Assembly: GCA_030141605.1 (NCBI GenBank)
Contig: JAQGDQ010000375.1
Span: forward strand, 163,773-227,772
DNA length: 64,000 bases
Direction: 5' to 3'
Source of the DNA: Tubiluchus corallicola
Lineage: Eukaryota; Animalia; Priapulida
This document shows, in pieces, positions 45,145 to 57,800 of this stretch. Both the position numbers and the translations under genes were made by a program. Below the pieces are notes generated by a model that saw nothing but the letters and a program-made list of their open reading frames with translations, was not told the DNA's origin and ran no database searches. Every line of letters starts with the position of its first letter. Position 1 is the stretch's first letter.

Positions 45145-48100
45145 TCAGCAATGTTCACACACGTGTGGAAAATGCCTTGGTTTCCCTTGAGGCGTGGGCG
45201 ACAAACGTTTGTCATACCAGAAGAAGACGAGTAATACAGTTAGCAAAGCTAAAACTATGACATATTTATACCACTTCGCGCTGAATGGGCTCATGTGTTT
45301 GGACATTAAGCGGTAAACTTTTACTGTATTAGATGGTGTGGTCCTGTAAACCTCTCGTAGTGAACGTTTAGCTGAAGAAAATGCAGGATAGTATGGGCTG
45401 CCTTCAATATATTCTGGTTGATCATTATCAGCACCTCGAGGTTTTCTGTCTGCTTGTCTAATTCTAGGAACTGGGGACTCGTAGGCTTTTCCGTCGTACG
45501 TTTTATTGATTTGCGCTGTTTTTAAATTTTCTTTCTGTGGTTTAATCTTTTCTGGCAGAGTTTGCTCAAATTGGACGTCTACTAGGTTTGTCGTGCCAGT
45601 TGTTGTGGCTGCATTCTCAGTTTCTTTTGGGTGTGTTCGAGCGTCATATGTTACAGGTGGTACAAACGTCTGCACAGGAGTTGGTTCCGGCTGAGGTATT
45701 TCTGGTACAATTGGTTTAAACTGGATTTCTTCCAAGCATTGTACAGTTTCATTAGGGTGCAATTTTTGTGAAACATCGCTGAGTTCCTGCTTGCGGTTAT
45801 GAGTTCCTGCTGGTTGCTCATCAGGTATTATTACTTTGATTTCTGCTTTTTTAGCTCGTGTTTCGTGAGCAGCTTCGCGTTTCACTACTTGTGGCTGAGT
45901 TTCTTGAAAAATTATTGTTGCGGGTTCTACTAAGTAGATTTGTGTTTCTTGGGCTTCCTCAAGTTTGATTTTTTGTAGTTGACTTTCTTGAGGAATTATT
46001 GTTTTCGGTTTTGCCTCTCGAACTTGTGTTTCTTGGAGGTCTTCACATTGCACTACTTGTGGTTGAGTTTCTTGAAAAGTTACTATTGTTGGTCCTGCTC
46101 CATAGGTTTGTGTTTCTTGGGCTTGTGTTTCTGGTACACAGGTCTGTGTTTCTTGGGCTTCTTCACCCTCCAGTACTTGTGGTTGAGTTTCTTGAAGAAT
46201 TGTTGCCGTAGTTTCTGGTACATGGGTTTGTATTCGTTGAGCTTCTTCAAGTTTCAATTTCACTTCTTGAAGAACTATTGTTGTAAGTTCTGTATCACTG
46301 GTTTGTGTTTCTTGAATTTCTTCAACTTTCACTACTTGTTGCCCATTTTCTTCATTAATTATAGCTGTAGTTTCTGGCACGTAAATCCGCATTTCTGGTA
46401 CATAGGGCTGCATTTCTTGGACTACTCGAGTTTCTGTTTTTTGGGCATCTTCGAGTTTCGCTACTTGTGGTTGAGTTTCTTGAGGAATTATCGTTTTGGG
46501 TTCTGCTACTCGAGTTTGTGTTTCCTGGACTTCCTCACATTTCGCTACTTGTGGTTGAGTTTGTTGAAGAATTACTGTTGTTGGTTCTGCTCCATAGATT
46601 TGTGTTTCTGGTACATAGGTCTGTGTTTCTTGGTCTTCTTTAAGTTCAACTTCTTGTCGATGTTGCTCGTGAAAAATTATTGTTGTTGTTTCTGCTAGTG
46701 GAGTTTGTGTTTCGTGGACTCCTGGACGTTTTACTACTTGCCGTTGAGTTTCTTGAAGAATTATTGTTGTGGGTTCTACTACATAGGTTTGTGTTTCTTG
46801 AATTTCTTTGCATTTCGCTACTTGTGGTTCAGTTTTTTGAAGAATTACTGTTGTTGGCTGTGCTCCATAGGTATGTGCTTCTTGGATTTGCGTTTCTGGT
46901 ACGTAGGTCTGTGTTTCTGGTTCTTCTTTAAGTTTAACTTCTTGTCGATGTTGCCCTTGAAAAATTATTGTTGTTGTTTCTGCTAGTGGAGTTTGTGTTT
47001 CGTGGACTCCTTGACGTTTTACTACTTGTGGTTGAGTTTCTTGAAGAATTATTGTTGTGGGTTCTACTACATAGGTTTGTGTTTCTTGAATTTCTTTGCA
47101 TTTCGCTCCTTGTGGTTCAGTTTCTTGAAGAATTACTGTTGTTGGCTCTGTTCCATAGGTATGTGTTTCTTGGGCTTGTGCTTCTGGTACATAGGTCTGT
47201 GTTTCTGGTTCTTCTTTAAGTTTAACTTCTTGTCGATGTTGCTCGTGAAAAATTATTGTTGTTGTTTCTGCTAGTGGAGTTTGTGCTTCGTGGACTCCTG
47301 GACGTTTTACTACTTGCCGTTGAGTTTCTTGAAGAATTATTGTTGTGGGTTGTAATACATTGGTTTGTGTTTCTTGAATTTCTTTGCGTTTCGCTACTTG
47401 TGGTTCAGTTTCTTGAATAATTACTGTTGTTGGTTCTGCTCCATAGGTATGTGTATCTTGGGTTTGTGTTTCTGGTACATATGTCTGTGTTTCTTGGTCT
47501 TCTTTAAGTTTAACTTCTTGTCGATGTTGCCCTTGAAAAATTATTGTTGTTGTTTCTGCTAGTGGAGTTTGTGTTTCGTGGACTCCTTGACGTTTTACTA
47601 GTTGTGGTTGAGTTTCTTGAAGAATTATTGTTGTGGGTTGTAATACATTGGTTTGTGTTTCTTGAATTTCTTTGCATTTCGCTCCTTGTGGTTCAGTTTC
47701 TTGAAGAATTACTGTTGTTGGCTCTGTTCCATAGGTATATGTTTCTTGGGCTTGTGCTTCTGGTACATAGGTCTGTGTTTCTTGTTCTTCTTTAAACTCA
47801 ACTTCTTGTCGATGTTGCTCGTGAAAAATTATTGTTGTTGTTTGAGCTACTGGAGTAAGTGTTTCTTGGACTCCTTCACGTTTCACTAGTTGTGTTTGCG
47901 TTTCTTGAACAATTGTTGTTGTTGGTTCTGCTACACAGATTTGTGTTCCTTGGGCTTCTTCGAGCTTTACGACTTGTTGTTGAATTTCTTGGAGAATGAC
48001 TGTTGTGGGTTCTGCTAGAAGAGTTTCTCTTGTTTGGACCTTTTCTTGGAGAACTATTATTTTGGGTTCTGGTACACGAGTTCTTTTAATATCTTCCACT

Positions 48101-48990
48101 TCTTGTGATTGACTTTCTTGGAGAATTATTATTGTGGGTTCTGCTACATGAGTTTGTGCCTCTTGGACTTCTTCAAGTTTCACTTCTTGTTGTTGGTGCT
48201 TTTGATGAATTATTGTTCTGGTTTCTGTTGTACGAGTAGTAACTGCTGTCGCCTTAGCTTTGATTGGATTCCATTGGATTTGTTTCTTTCGATTTGCTGA
48301 ACCAATTAATATTAAAAATTTTTCATTCTTGATGTCGAATCCTGGTTTTACGACTGCGTCTATTATTGTTTTCTGTCCAGGATTTAAACAATGCCTTCGT
48401 GGGCGTACAAGAAAGTTTTCTGAATTAGTGGAGTGTACATCAAACCAAAAAAATCCACTCGAAAGATTTTCGATCGTAAAGAACGATGAGTCATGCTGGA
48501 AAGTTATAGGGATTGGTTCAATAGCTATTGAATCGTATACTTGTCGTACGGTACGATGTTCCATACAGTTTCTTGGACTAATTGCATTAGTTTCTGTGAT
48601 TTCTTGTTTATGCTGATAGATAGTTGCGGTTTCTTTAGGTTGTACGTCTTTTTGAGAGCTTGTAAGTTCTTTCCACAGGGGCTCAGGTTTTTCAACTATG
48701 TAATTTTTTATGATAAATTTTTCGTTTCTCATGTTTTTAGGTTTCGTCTTTGCAAGTATATGAATAGGTCTTGTCTCCCCAGGCTTTATATAGTCTCTTC
48801 TAGGGTACACCCGAAATTTTTTTGGACTTGTGCAAAACACGTCAAACCAAACCAGATCATTGCTATTATTTTTTATTGAAACGTACGCCGACTCATTTTC
48901 GAAGGTTATGCCAGAAGCTGGTAGAACAGTCACTGGAGGGTCGCCATGAAGAGTATTAGGTGCACTTGTGTTTGGGCAGGAAGAATACAT
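45145..48990 (-). CDS. Giant tandem-MSP tail-anchored protein with E/Q/T-rich repeat stalk (~1281 aa)
   Basis: Two MSP domains (WFDVFCTSPKKFRVYP; WFDVHSTNSENFLVRP), a repeat region, and C-terminal TM YVIVLALLTVLLVFFWY. ATG at 48990 follows an in-frame upstream TAG. Probable 5'UTR intron 49303-49056 (CAG|GTGAGC ... ctgcag). Confidence 0.92.
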   Translation of the reverse strand: MYSSCPNTSAPNTLHGDPPVTVLPASGITFENESAYVSIKNNSNDLVWFDVFCTSPKKFRVYPRRDYIKPGETRPIHILAKTKPKNMRNEKFIIKNYIVEKPEPLWKELTSSQKDVQPKETATIYQHKQEITETNAISPRNCMEHRTVRQVYDSIAIEPIPITFQHDSSFFTIENLSSGFFWFDVHSTNSENFLVRPRRHCLNPGQKTIIDAVVKPGFDIKNEKFLILIGSANRKKQIQWNPIKAKATAVTTRTTETRTIIHQKHQQQEVKLEEVQEAQTHVAEPTIIILQESQSQEVEDIKRTRVPEPKIIVLQEKVQTRETLLAEPTTVILQEIQQQVVKLEEAQGTQICVAEPTTTIVQETQTQLVKREGVQETLTPVAQTTTIIFHEQHRQEVEFKEEQETQTYVPEAQAQETYTYGTEPTTVILQETEPQGAKCKEIQETQTNVLQPTTIILQETQPQLVKRQGVHETQTPLAETTTIIFQGQHRQEVKLKEDQETQTYVPETQTQDTHTYGAEPTTVIIQETEPQVAKRKEIQETQTNVLQPTTIILQETQRQVVKRPGVHEAQTPLAETTTIIFHEQHRQEVKLKEEPETQTYVPEAQAQETHTYGTEPTTVILQETEPQGAKCKEIQETQTYVVEPTTIILQETQPQVVKRQGVHETQTPLAETTTIIFQGQHRQEVKLKEEPETQTYVPETQIQEAHTYGAQPTTVILQKTEPQVAKCKEIQETQTYVVEPTTIILQETQRQVVKRPGVHETQTPLAETTTIIFHEQHRQEVELKEDQETQTYVPETQIYGAEPTTVILQQTQPQVAKCEEVQETQTRVAEPKTIIPQETQPQVAKLEDAQKTETRVVQEMQPYVPEMRIYVPETTAIINEENGQQVVKVEEIQETQTSDTELTTIVLQEVKLKLEEAQRIQTHVPETTATILQETQPQVLEGEEAQETQTCVPETQAQETQTYGAGPTIVTFQETQPQVVQCEDLQETQVREAKPKTIIPQESQLQKIKLEEAQETQIYLVEPATIIFQETQPQVVKREAAHETRAKKAEIKVIIPDEQPAGTHNRKQELSDVSQKLHPNETVQCLEEIQFKPIVPEIPQPEPTPVQTFVPPVTYDARTHPKETENAATTTGTTNLVDVQFEQTLPEKIKPQKENLKTAQINKTYDGKAYESPVPRIRQADRKPRGADNDQPEYIEGSPYYPAFSSAKRSLREVYRTTPSNTVKVYRLMSKHMSPFSAKWYKYVIVLALLTVLLVFFWYDKRLSPTPQGKPRHFPHVCEHC
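46560..47830 (-). repeat. Coding higher-order tandem repeat, 288 bp (96 aa), about 4.5 copies
   Basis: Matching blocks at 46680/46968/47256/47544; built from ~24-aa subunits EPTTVILQETQPQVVKxEExQETQT, which extend in diverged form over about 45870-48200. Confidence 0.95.
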
Positions 48991-49517
48991 TTCGACTGAA
49001 CTGTATGCCAAATGCCCACGAATAACATTGTATGGTTCTGTGAGCTTTATCTATCCTGCAGTGTAGAGATAAAAAAACAATTATTTTAAAAAATAAACTA
49101 CCTTTTAAGACAAATGTTAAAAATACATTATATGTTTTTTTATTTTAGTAGACAATAAAATATAACTATGGTTTGCAAAGCACTTTGGGTTGCTTTGTCT
49201 ATTGAATTTAAAACCGAATAAATAAAGATTATTAAAACAAAACGTTCTGACATCTTAACTGTGACGATTTGAAGCTTTTACCAGTTTAGCCAACAAAGCT
49301 CACCTGTAATTCTGCAGCCTTTGCCAAACAGAGCTACCAGAGATCATTTTCCAGCAGTTTTTTTTACGTTTTTACTAATATAGAATACTAACTGCAACTT
49401 GCGTTTCACGTTTTACTAAAAATTAATTATTTTCTGCCAAACAATAAATAATTCTGGCTTAGCGTCTCTTCAGCTTGCAACTTTCCCACTTCCCCTCATA
49501 CTTCCAAGCACTCTTCA

Positions 49518-49548
49518 TGACGTCGGGTGCGTGTGACGTCACGGAAAT
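49518..49548. promoter_or_regulatory. Candidate promoter of the giant MSP gene: CRE palindrome, second CRE-like site, ETS-like core
   Basis: tgacgtc at 49518 and gtgacgtcac at 49533-49542 followed by ggaa, about 230 bp upstream of the putative UTR-exon donor. Confidence 0.45.
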
Positions 49549-49942
49549 ACAAAGCCTGTGTGTGTTTAATGAACTCTATTTGTTTTGAATATGTTTTTTT
49601 TGAAAACTTTCATTATTCATTAGAAAGGTGGGTTGTCAAAACATTTTAGTACACAAAGTGAAAATAATTAGTAACATAATAAAAATGTACAGTTTTATTA
49701 TAATTATTAGGCCTACTGTATTTAAGAAAATTAGGTAGGGCTGTTATAGTAATGTAAAGCTATTATATTTCATAAAATAAAAACCATCATCAGTTTATGT
49801 GCTTATATATAAATGTTTTTTGCAAAAATCATATATCAATGCAGTCGAGTAAAAGAAATTGCACTTTCCTAGAACTGCAAAATTAACAATATGTGCAACT
49901 GAGTAAGTTCCCAAAGTATCTAATAATTTAACTACAAATAAC

Positions 49943-50083
<141 letters not shown>

Positions 50084-51519
50084 ATGGAAGACTAAGTTAA
50101 TTTTTCATTTTAAACACTACGTGGCTGTGTGTGTGATGATCATCGTGCAAAATGAATGTTATGAAACCTGTCCAATGAACGTGTTTACTGAGTTTACAAT
50201 TTTATAGTGATAGGCACAATAATTATCATTATTGAATAACAGACAAACAAACGAAAAAAATCAATAGATAAATGAACAAATAAAATGATAAATAAATGAG
50301 TTAATAAAGAAGTGAATGAAAAGCATAAAATAGATATATTATAAGCGAAAGTAATTATGAAAGTGATTCAATCAGTCAGTAATCTACCTTAACTGAAAAT
50401 GCCCTGAAAAGATTCAACATTTTCTTGTTAGTAGATTACAAATGAAGCCAAACAACTTCTTTTAATTTGAAACTATAACCTTCTTGTTCCCATATCACTT
50501 AACAGACTGTTTAAGTGCAGCGAATGACAAAAATAAAAAATACCAAACAACTGTGTATTTCACTTGCTGAAATTTATTTAATCTATTTCAACAATTTTAT
50601 TTGTTAAAATTTTTATTTACAAAACTACAGTGGGATTTTCAATATTTAGCTTTTCTTTTCGGTATTTTCCGCTTTTAGAAATTATTAAATCAATGATTTT
50701 TTTGTTTTAAAGCAAACGTCTACTAAAGAAGCCCGAAATGTGTTAATCATTCGTAATTTAGGAAATTTTTCAAATAATTTTCAAATTAAAACCTTTTAAC
50801 AAAACGAGCGTGTTTTCAGCCATTTATTGCCAAACCCCAGCGTCTCCTTGACGAATATAACGAAATTGTAAAGGTAAAATACCTGAAAATTGCTCCCGTC
50901 AGGTGTGAATTTATAATTATCGTCAGTGGTGATGATTTTCTGCTTCCTCGGGCACGTCATGTGCATGAATTAGATGATGGACGTCGAGAAAATTCTCTTT
51001 CTTATCGCTGTCAGTGATTATACTTGTAGGACAGCCAGAGCCAAGGCGCTCTGATTCAACATTTTATAAAAAATGCCCTCAATCTTGTTTTTTCAAATAA
51101 AATTTCTTGAAATATTTTGCACACAAAAGTAGGTGATTCCCCAAAAACTTCTTCCCTGCGAAACGCCAGCAAACTTTCCTGTACGAACTGTATTATAGTA
51201 AGAATAGCTTAACCACTTTATTATTATTGCATAATGGATTGTAGTTTAATTATCAGTCATCTTTCGTTGTGTGTTTGTATTGTTTTGTGATGTAATAATT
51301 TTGTTGTTATTGTCTAGTCATGTAAATATAACTTGAAAACTAAAATAAATCCTATTCTTTTATTTACAGCTTTTGACACCCTCAGTACGTTACACCACGC
51401 TATTTCTATTTCTATTTATACTATAGTCTATTTCGTACTCCGTGACGTTAATTTACGACGGAATCTTCAGCAATCTTCACCTACTTTCCCATCCTTACCG
51501 TTTTTTATAATAAAAAAAA

Positions 51520-51660
51520 CTTCAAAAATACTTTCACAGCCCAAAGCGGCCTTTTCCGTCACAATAGCAATCGAAAACATGTTGGTATTATCGATGTACA
51601 GAGATTCGACAAATTTATCAGCAACCAAAAAAACAATTCTGGATTCAGTTTGACTCTATA
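51520..51660 (-). mobile_element. Possible decayed BEL/Pao reverse transcriptase fragment
   Basis: Minus frame VADKFVESLYIDNTNMFSIAIVTEKAALGCESIFE resembles the Pao RT YVDD/YVDN...IF segment; short and degenerate. Confidence 0.3.
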
Positions 51661-52495
51661 TTGGAAATTCCAGTTTTTTTCAATCAGATTTTATTTCTTG
51701 GGTTTTGCATTTGTTCACATAGTGCTAACAAATCCTTTCTTTAATGCAATTCTTAACTTTTCTCTTAGGCTACATCATGCAGTAACATCCTTATGTTAAT
51801 TGTATTTGCAATATGTACAATTTATTTCATACTTTTGAATAATTTAATCAGTATTCGGCGTGAATGCCGTAAGTGTTAATTCACTTGGTAAACTAAACAC
51901 GTATCATGAATTACATAACGGGACTCCGGTCTTAACTGCAATCAAGACTACTAGTTTGACAAAAAAATTACTCAAGTAATCAACACAGCATGTCGATAAC
52001 AATCTGCCGTCAGACTTCTGCTTTTTCGGAAGCATATATACCACGCATCACTAAATCACATATACATCGTCAATAACACACCAGCCTCCGCTATTATACT
52101 TTAAAAATTTCCTAACAATTTAATGCAAATGGTAAAGCACAATGTAATGCTTTTAGCTTGTATTTCCGCTGCAGCTTAAGCCACTATTGCGTAAACCATC
52201 GCTGAATGAAAATGGGAAGATATGGCTTGAAGAAAGATGGTGTCGTATGAATACACGGCTCGTTGCAGTAACCGTATTAAACGTCTTCCAGGTATTGTAC
52301 CGTTATACCGGGAGTACGATAATGAATTGCTAACGTTACTTCTTTTGTCTTTCTTTACATCGGTTTCATTCCCTTTTCTGTAGGCCTATGTTACTGTAAA
52401 AACTGATGGGTAAGGTAGAACTTTCGCACTACTGTAGTATTAATTAATTAAATATGAGACTTATGCAAATATTCTAAGGACACTATTTCAAATTA

Positions 52496-52496
52496 C

Positions 52497-52574
<78 letters not shown>

Positions 52575-52594
52575 CATCATCATCATCATCATCA
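52496..52594. repeat. (ATT)n-(CAT)n microsatellite
   Basis: Directly visible. Confidence 0.97.
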
Positions 52595-53127
52595 TTTTTT
52601 GAAAAGTATTCCAAGGCATATCATACTTACCCAAGAAGATAATAATAATAATGCGTTTTGTCTCAGAAATGATTTTATTTTTACAAGAGCTTGTGTATAC
52701 ACTCAAGAAGGGTCATTGGCTGTAAACTGTGGAGAAGAGTATACACTGACAGTGTATAGCTGCCGTCTGGTCGTTTAGTATATTCTAAAAACCTCTTTCT
52801 ATGAAATCGTTATACGGCGCGGCATTCACACAATAAATTTTAATAACGATATCACGTTTACATAACTACTATATCAGTTAAGCGACTAGTTAGGCAGTTA
52901 GGTATGCACACCTCAGTAGGGCGTTTTGTGTGGTAAAGTCTCCAACAGAGCCCTTATTCCTTTTGCTTAACCTTAAACTTTAACATCTGCTCTCTGCGCC
53001 AGAATTAGGTAGCTTTTGAAAATTCGTGTAATCGCAGGAAATAATGTAGTGTAATGTAGAACCAAGCAAATATACAGTAATTAAATAAAATTTCATGAGA
53101 AAAAGCTTTGCAAATGTGGTGCCGTAT

Positions 53128-53304
<177 letters not shown>

Positions 53305-53992
53305 AAGTGTATCGATAAAATGGAGGTTATGTTAAAAAATATTTAAAATATAAAAAAACATAAAAAATTGAAAATACATAAAAAATAGAATCACTAACGT
53401 TGCACATACTGAAGTGGTTCACTAGCTATAAGAAATGAACGTTGGACTGTTTTGATCACTATTGAATAGTGGCCTAAGGTCCCTGCCTCAAATCTAGGCT
53501 GCAGCTTACCCAGCTTTTTTACATTCCTGTGTTTTAATTTCGGGTTAGTATAATCGAAAATAAGAAAAACTTTAGTTAAAGCAATGCCTATACTTTTCAT
53601 ATTTACAATTGAAACTATGTAGACGTGTATGCTTTCTTTTGTTGAGAATATTTGCAAAACCACATGAGTTTATTTGAATAATAGACTAAATCAGTTTCTC
53701 CTCCATTTAAAATCGGCAAGTTCGTCACATGACTTGAAAAAATCTCTTAAGTTAATTAACTCTTTTGCTTACAAGTTCGGAAATAAATCACAATACTTAC
53801 ACCCAATACATTTTTATGCTTTCGGAGTGATAGCCATGCGAACAGATTAAGCGTAAAAGTAATTTGCAATTTAACATTGTCAAATCTAATGTTCTCATTT
53901 ACGTCAAAAACGTTTAGTTATTGGCTGCATTTGCATTCAAATTTAAATATTTACCGCTACTATATGATTTGGCCCATTAGCAAACTCGTGGT

Positions 53993-54090
53993 GTAGAAGT
54001 TTAACTGTGCAAAGAAACCCCTACTACTTAACTGTATTTCGTAGAAGTTTAACTGTGCAGAGAAACCCCTACTACTTAACTGTATTTCGT
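53993..54090. repeat. Two-copy ~48-bp tandem duplication
   Basis: gtagaagtttaactgtgca(a/g)agaaacccctactacttaactgtatttc twice. Confidence 0.9.
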
Positions 54091-55028
54091 GTTTAAGTTG
54101 CAGAGTCTATTTTCTGAATAATACGTTATCTATTAGTTTCCTTTTAGTGCCTTATTAAATACTGTTTTATTAATTTAATTATGTATTGTACACTGTGAAT
54201 CGAAAGTCTGTACACAAATCATTTATAAAAACAATTTAGTAAAGGTTCCTTCAATTACAAACATTTGTAAGACTTTATATAGATGCAATAAATATAAATC
54301 CCTTCACTTGTTTCCAAAAAAACATTAAGATCAGTATCAGAGCTACAAATCCCTTCATTTGTTTCCAAAAAATATTAAGATCAGTGTCAGAGGTTAAAAT
54401 ACGTTGTGTCAGTGCAAAAAATCCATTTAAGACGCATTTTAAAATGATGATATCGCTATTATCATCATCATCATCATCATCGTCAATGATTCGCCACAAG
54501 AACACTACAAAAGAAAACCTTTTTTCTAATAGTATTCTTGTCGGTCATGAATTCTTCGTCTTACCTAGGAAGTCAGCTAATGAAGCTAAATTTTATGAGC
54601 GGACCTTGTTAGGAACAAGTCAACGATAGTGCAGAGACGATTTGTTAGTTATTGCTTGGCAAATTGATTTACCTTCTCCAGAATGATGTTGAGGGCATAT
54701 GGATTAGGCCAAATGAGTCCAACTTAATGCTTTACTGACCAAATTTGACCATTTTAGTGCCCAGCAAAGCATAAAGGTTGAGCAAAATCACTAACGCAAG
54801 TCAATAAAGTATTGCTTATATTGAAAACAAGAGAAAGATTCTTCTAGTATATATATATATATATATAATAATATTGCACTGGCAAACACCGACCCGATGG
54901 CTACAAAGCCAACTCAGCATTGCGTACCAATACAGTGTTTCGCCTACGATGCCCTTGGTCTGCCACACTTTATGTTCAACACTAGAATAAAGTAGAATTC
55001 ATGTGATGATTTAAATAATATGAATTGA

Positions 55029-55029
<1 letters not shown>

Positions 55030-55113
<84 letters not shown>

Positions 55114-55145
55114 TTATTGTTAATATTAATATTATTATTATTTAT
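55030..55145. repeat. (ATT)n microsatellite
   Basis: Directly visible. Confidence 0.97.
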
Positions 55146-57289
55146 TGTTATTATTTTTATGTTTCTGATATTAATCAGAGTTAATATCAGAAAAATAAAA
55201 CTAAAAACACGAAAGTTATCAAATAGAAAATGTACGCAATTTACCAATCTGCCTTAGAGGTCCAATCCACAGGCATAGAATAAGAAAGCCAAAAAAAAGA
55301 TGCCAACGCATACCCTAGCAAACATCCAGGTAAACTCAGACTCCAAAGTACTGTAGGCCAAATTTGGTTTTATTACACCCAACCAAATGCTGAGGCAAAA
55401 ATGTAAGAGTAATGATGTCACAGAGATAAATATTATGAGCGTTTAAAAAAGTGAATTAAGAGTTAGTGAGAGAAAGAGAGAAAAAAGGGATTTAACTTTA
55501 ATTCTATATTGCACTGGAAGCCTTTATAAAGTTCCAAAGCTTCAAAGGACGAAATTTTCCAATATGAGAGTGCAAATTTTACGTCTTGATTTTGGACATG
55601 TCGGAAATTCTTAATACAACAATCAGGTAAGTCATTTAACAAAATCGTGAGGTCAGTAGTGCATAGACATTACGACATAGTTCTTGCGTCAACAGGCAAA
55701 TATTTTCTCATTTTCTTAATTAAAACAGATTACTTTGTATAATATCGTTTACATGATTTATATAGGAAAGTGTGTTGTCCAAATGAGATTCTAAAAGTTT
55801 AATACGTTGAAACAGTGTAATTGTAGTACTGGATAGATTAATTGAGTTAAATCCAACAGATTTGTCAAACTATCATTCATCTTAAGTTTATTTGATGACA
55901 TCGACCTGCTCAGTTTCTTTCCTGAGAAGTAATATGACACCATCGTGCTAACTGTTTAATGTGAGTATTTTGTGTCATTTAGAACTATAGGAAATATACT
56001 GTGTGGTACTCTAACCTCAAATTCGATTCGTGTTCGATATAACTTATAATTATTTGCTGCTGTTTCAACATTACGTGAAATGAAACTACATAAATTATGA
56101 TTGGAACCTACTTCCTTGGTGGAAACAAACTAAACAAGTGTGACGGCATGGAGCATGTCACTTTACTCAAAGTAAGTCATTACTTTGGTATGATTTAAGG
56201 AATTGTATATATAAAACATAATTCAAGATGCATGCACACATATTAGACAATCCGGAAGACGGTTAGGTCACATGTACAATTGGTATACGGTTGCTGTTTT
56301 TCGCACAGGTAAGAATAAATAAAATATAATTACTACGATTGACTACATCAGCATTAAAACAATTTTGCTGCGCGTTTTTAGTTTTGTTTATTGTTTTATT
56401 GGAAAATACTCTAATGCTGAATGTAAGTTGCTTGACAAATTGCTGAGAATTTCGTAACTTTCAATAAATTCAATTAAGCACGACGATTTATGTTTAGAAC
56501 GGCTTAAATATTCAAGTAAAATAATCATTGCCGCTTATATGAAGAACGGGAGCCTTTGATCTATCAGGGAACGAGAAAGTTTGAGTCAAATCCCAGTGCA
56601 CTTAACTATTAGGTACAAACAAAAGAAGCCAGGGAGTTAAGTTGCTAAAGACTTTATTAACAATTACCTAGAATAACATGAAATGTAGACAAGCAGCATT
56701 ACCAAACTCAGAATGTCGCTTTTATTATAAAAGGCACTAACCCAAACGAGAAAACCCATCAGCTGTTGAAGCCTAAAACAATTTTTAAGCACATGGAATG
56801 ATAGAAGTAGCGTTTAACAACTCGCTATGCAGGTGCCAAAAAATTTAAGAACTATGACAAGCAACATAAGCAGTGATGAATAACGAAAAGACACTCACTA
56901 ACAAAATAGACAACGACATAGACATATACATCTTTATTGGTCACACATACTACACATGATATACATGAAATTTGTCATTTCAGCTTTGCACAGATTAGTA
57001 AAAAGCAATTAGCTCACCAAATAGCAACTGCAAATTAAATTAACTGTACCTATAAATCTAAACGGTACAATTGAAATAAAGCTTAAAACAGAAAAAATTG
57101 AAAAGTGTTAAGAGTCTAACAACTATTGAATGCTTTGACTGAAGTGGGAACAAATAAAAATTTCAAGCTATTTTTTCTTGAAAAGGATATATTTAATCTT
57201 ATTTAGTGTGGGTCAAACTTAAATTCTTCATGAAGACGAAAGTTATCTGCCATAATTTTCTTTAGCATCTTCAGTAACATATTACATTA

Positions 57290-57350
57290 AGATAAAAAAC
57301 TCGCCTTGGAATCTTGTATCATCTGCGTACAGCTTTTTTGCGTACACAGT
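57290..57350 (-). mobile_element. Non-LTR RT relic
   Basis: Minus frame KLYADDTRF; surrounding sequence decayed. Confidence 0.5.
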
Positions 57351-57524
57351 TTGTATTAGCACCAACGCTGTATAAAATTTAAAAATCAAATTGAACGTTA
57401 GGCGTAGCCAATTTGACAGTAAGCCGTATAAAAAGGTTTAGTTAATATTACGTAAAGTTTGAAAGAGTAATACAGAGTATTCGTAACGAACACTTCACTA
57501 ACTAAGCAAAAGTGCAAAATACTG

Positions 57525-57800
57525 TATCTTGTCAATGAGATTAAAAATACTTTTTGGTGAGTCAGTGGTGCACACTGGAAAGGTGAGGGAGTGACATTTT
57601 ACCAGTTGGCGTGAACATATAAAATTGCTAAGAATTTTCTTTTCTAGAAGTTTTTTTAAGGAGCTCAGCGTAATGCTAAGTTATATAACTTTGTGTGGAA
57701 ACTTTTTGGGACTATATACTTTATATAAAGTATATACTATATACTGGGACTATATACTACTGTATAAAGTTATATACTTTAAATTTGCATTTTCTTCTCC
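57525..57800 (-). repeat. Dispersed repeat, copy 2 (see 22285-22490)
   Basis: Reverse complement aligns by eye in several blocks. Confidence 0.75.

Noticed and set aside
45979-48300. Many Cys/Phe/Leu-rich plus-strand ORFs
   Set aside because: Antisense shadows of the repetitive MSP-protein coding strand.
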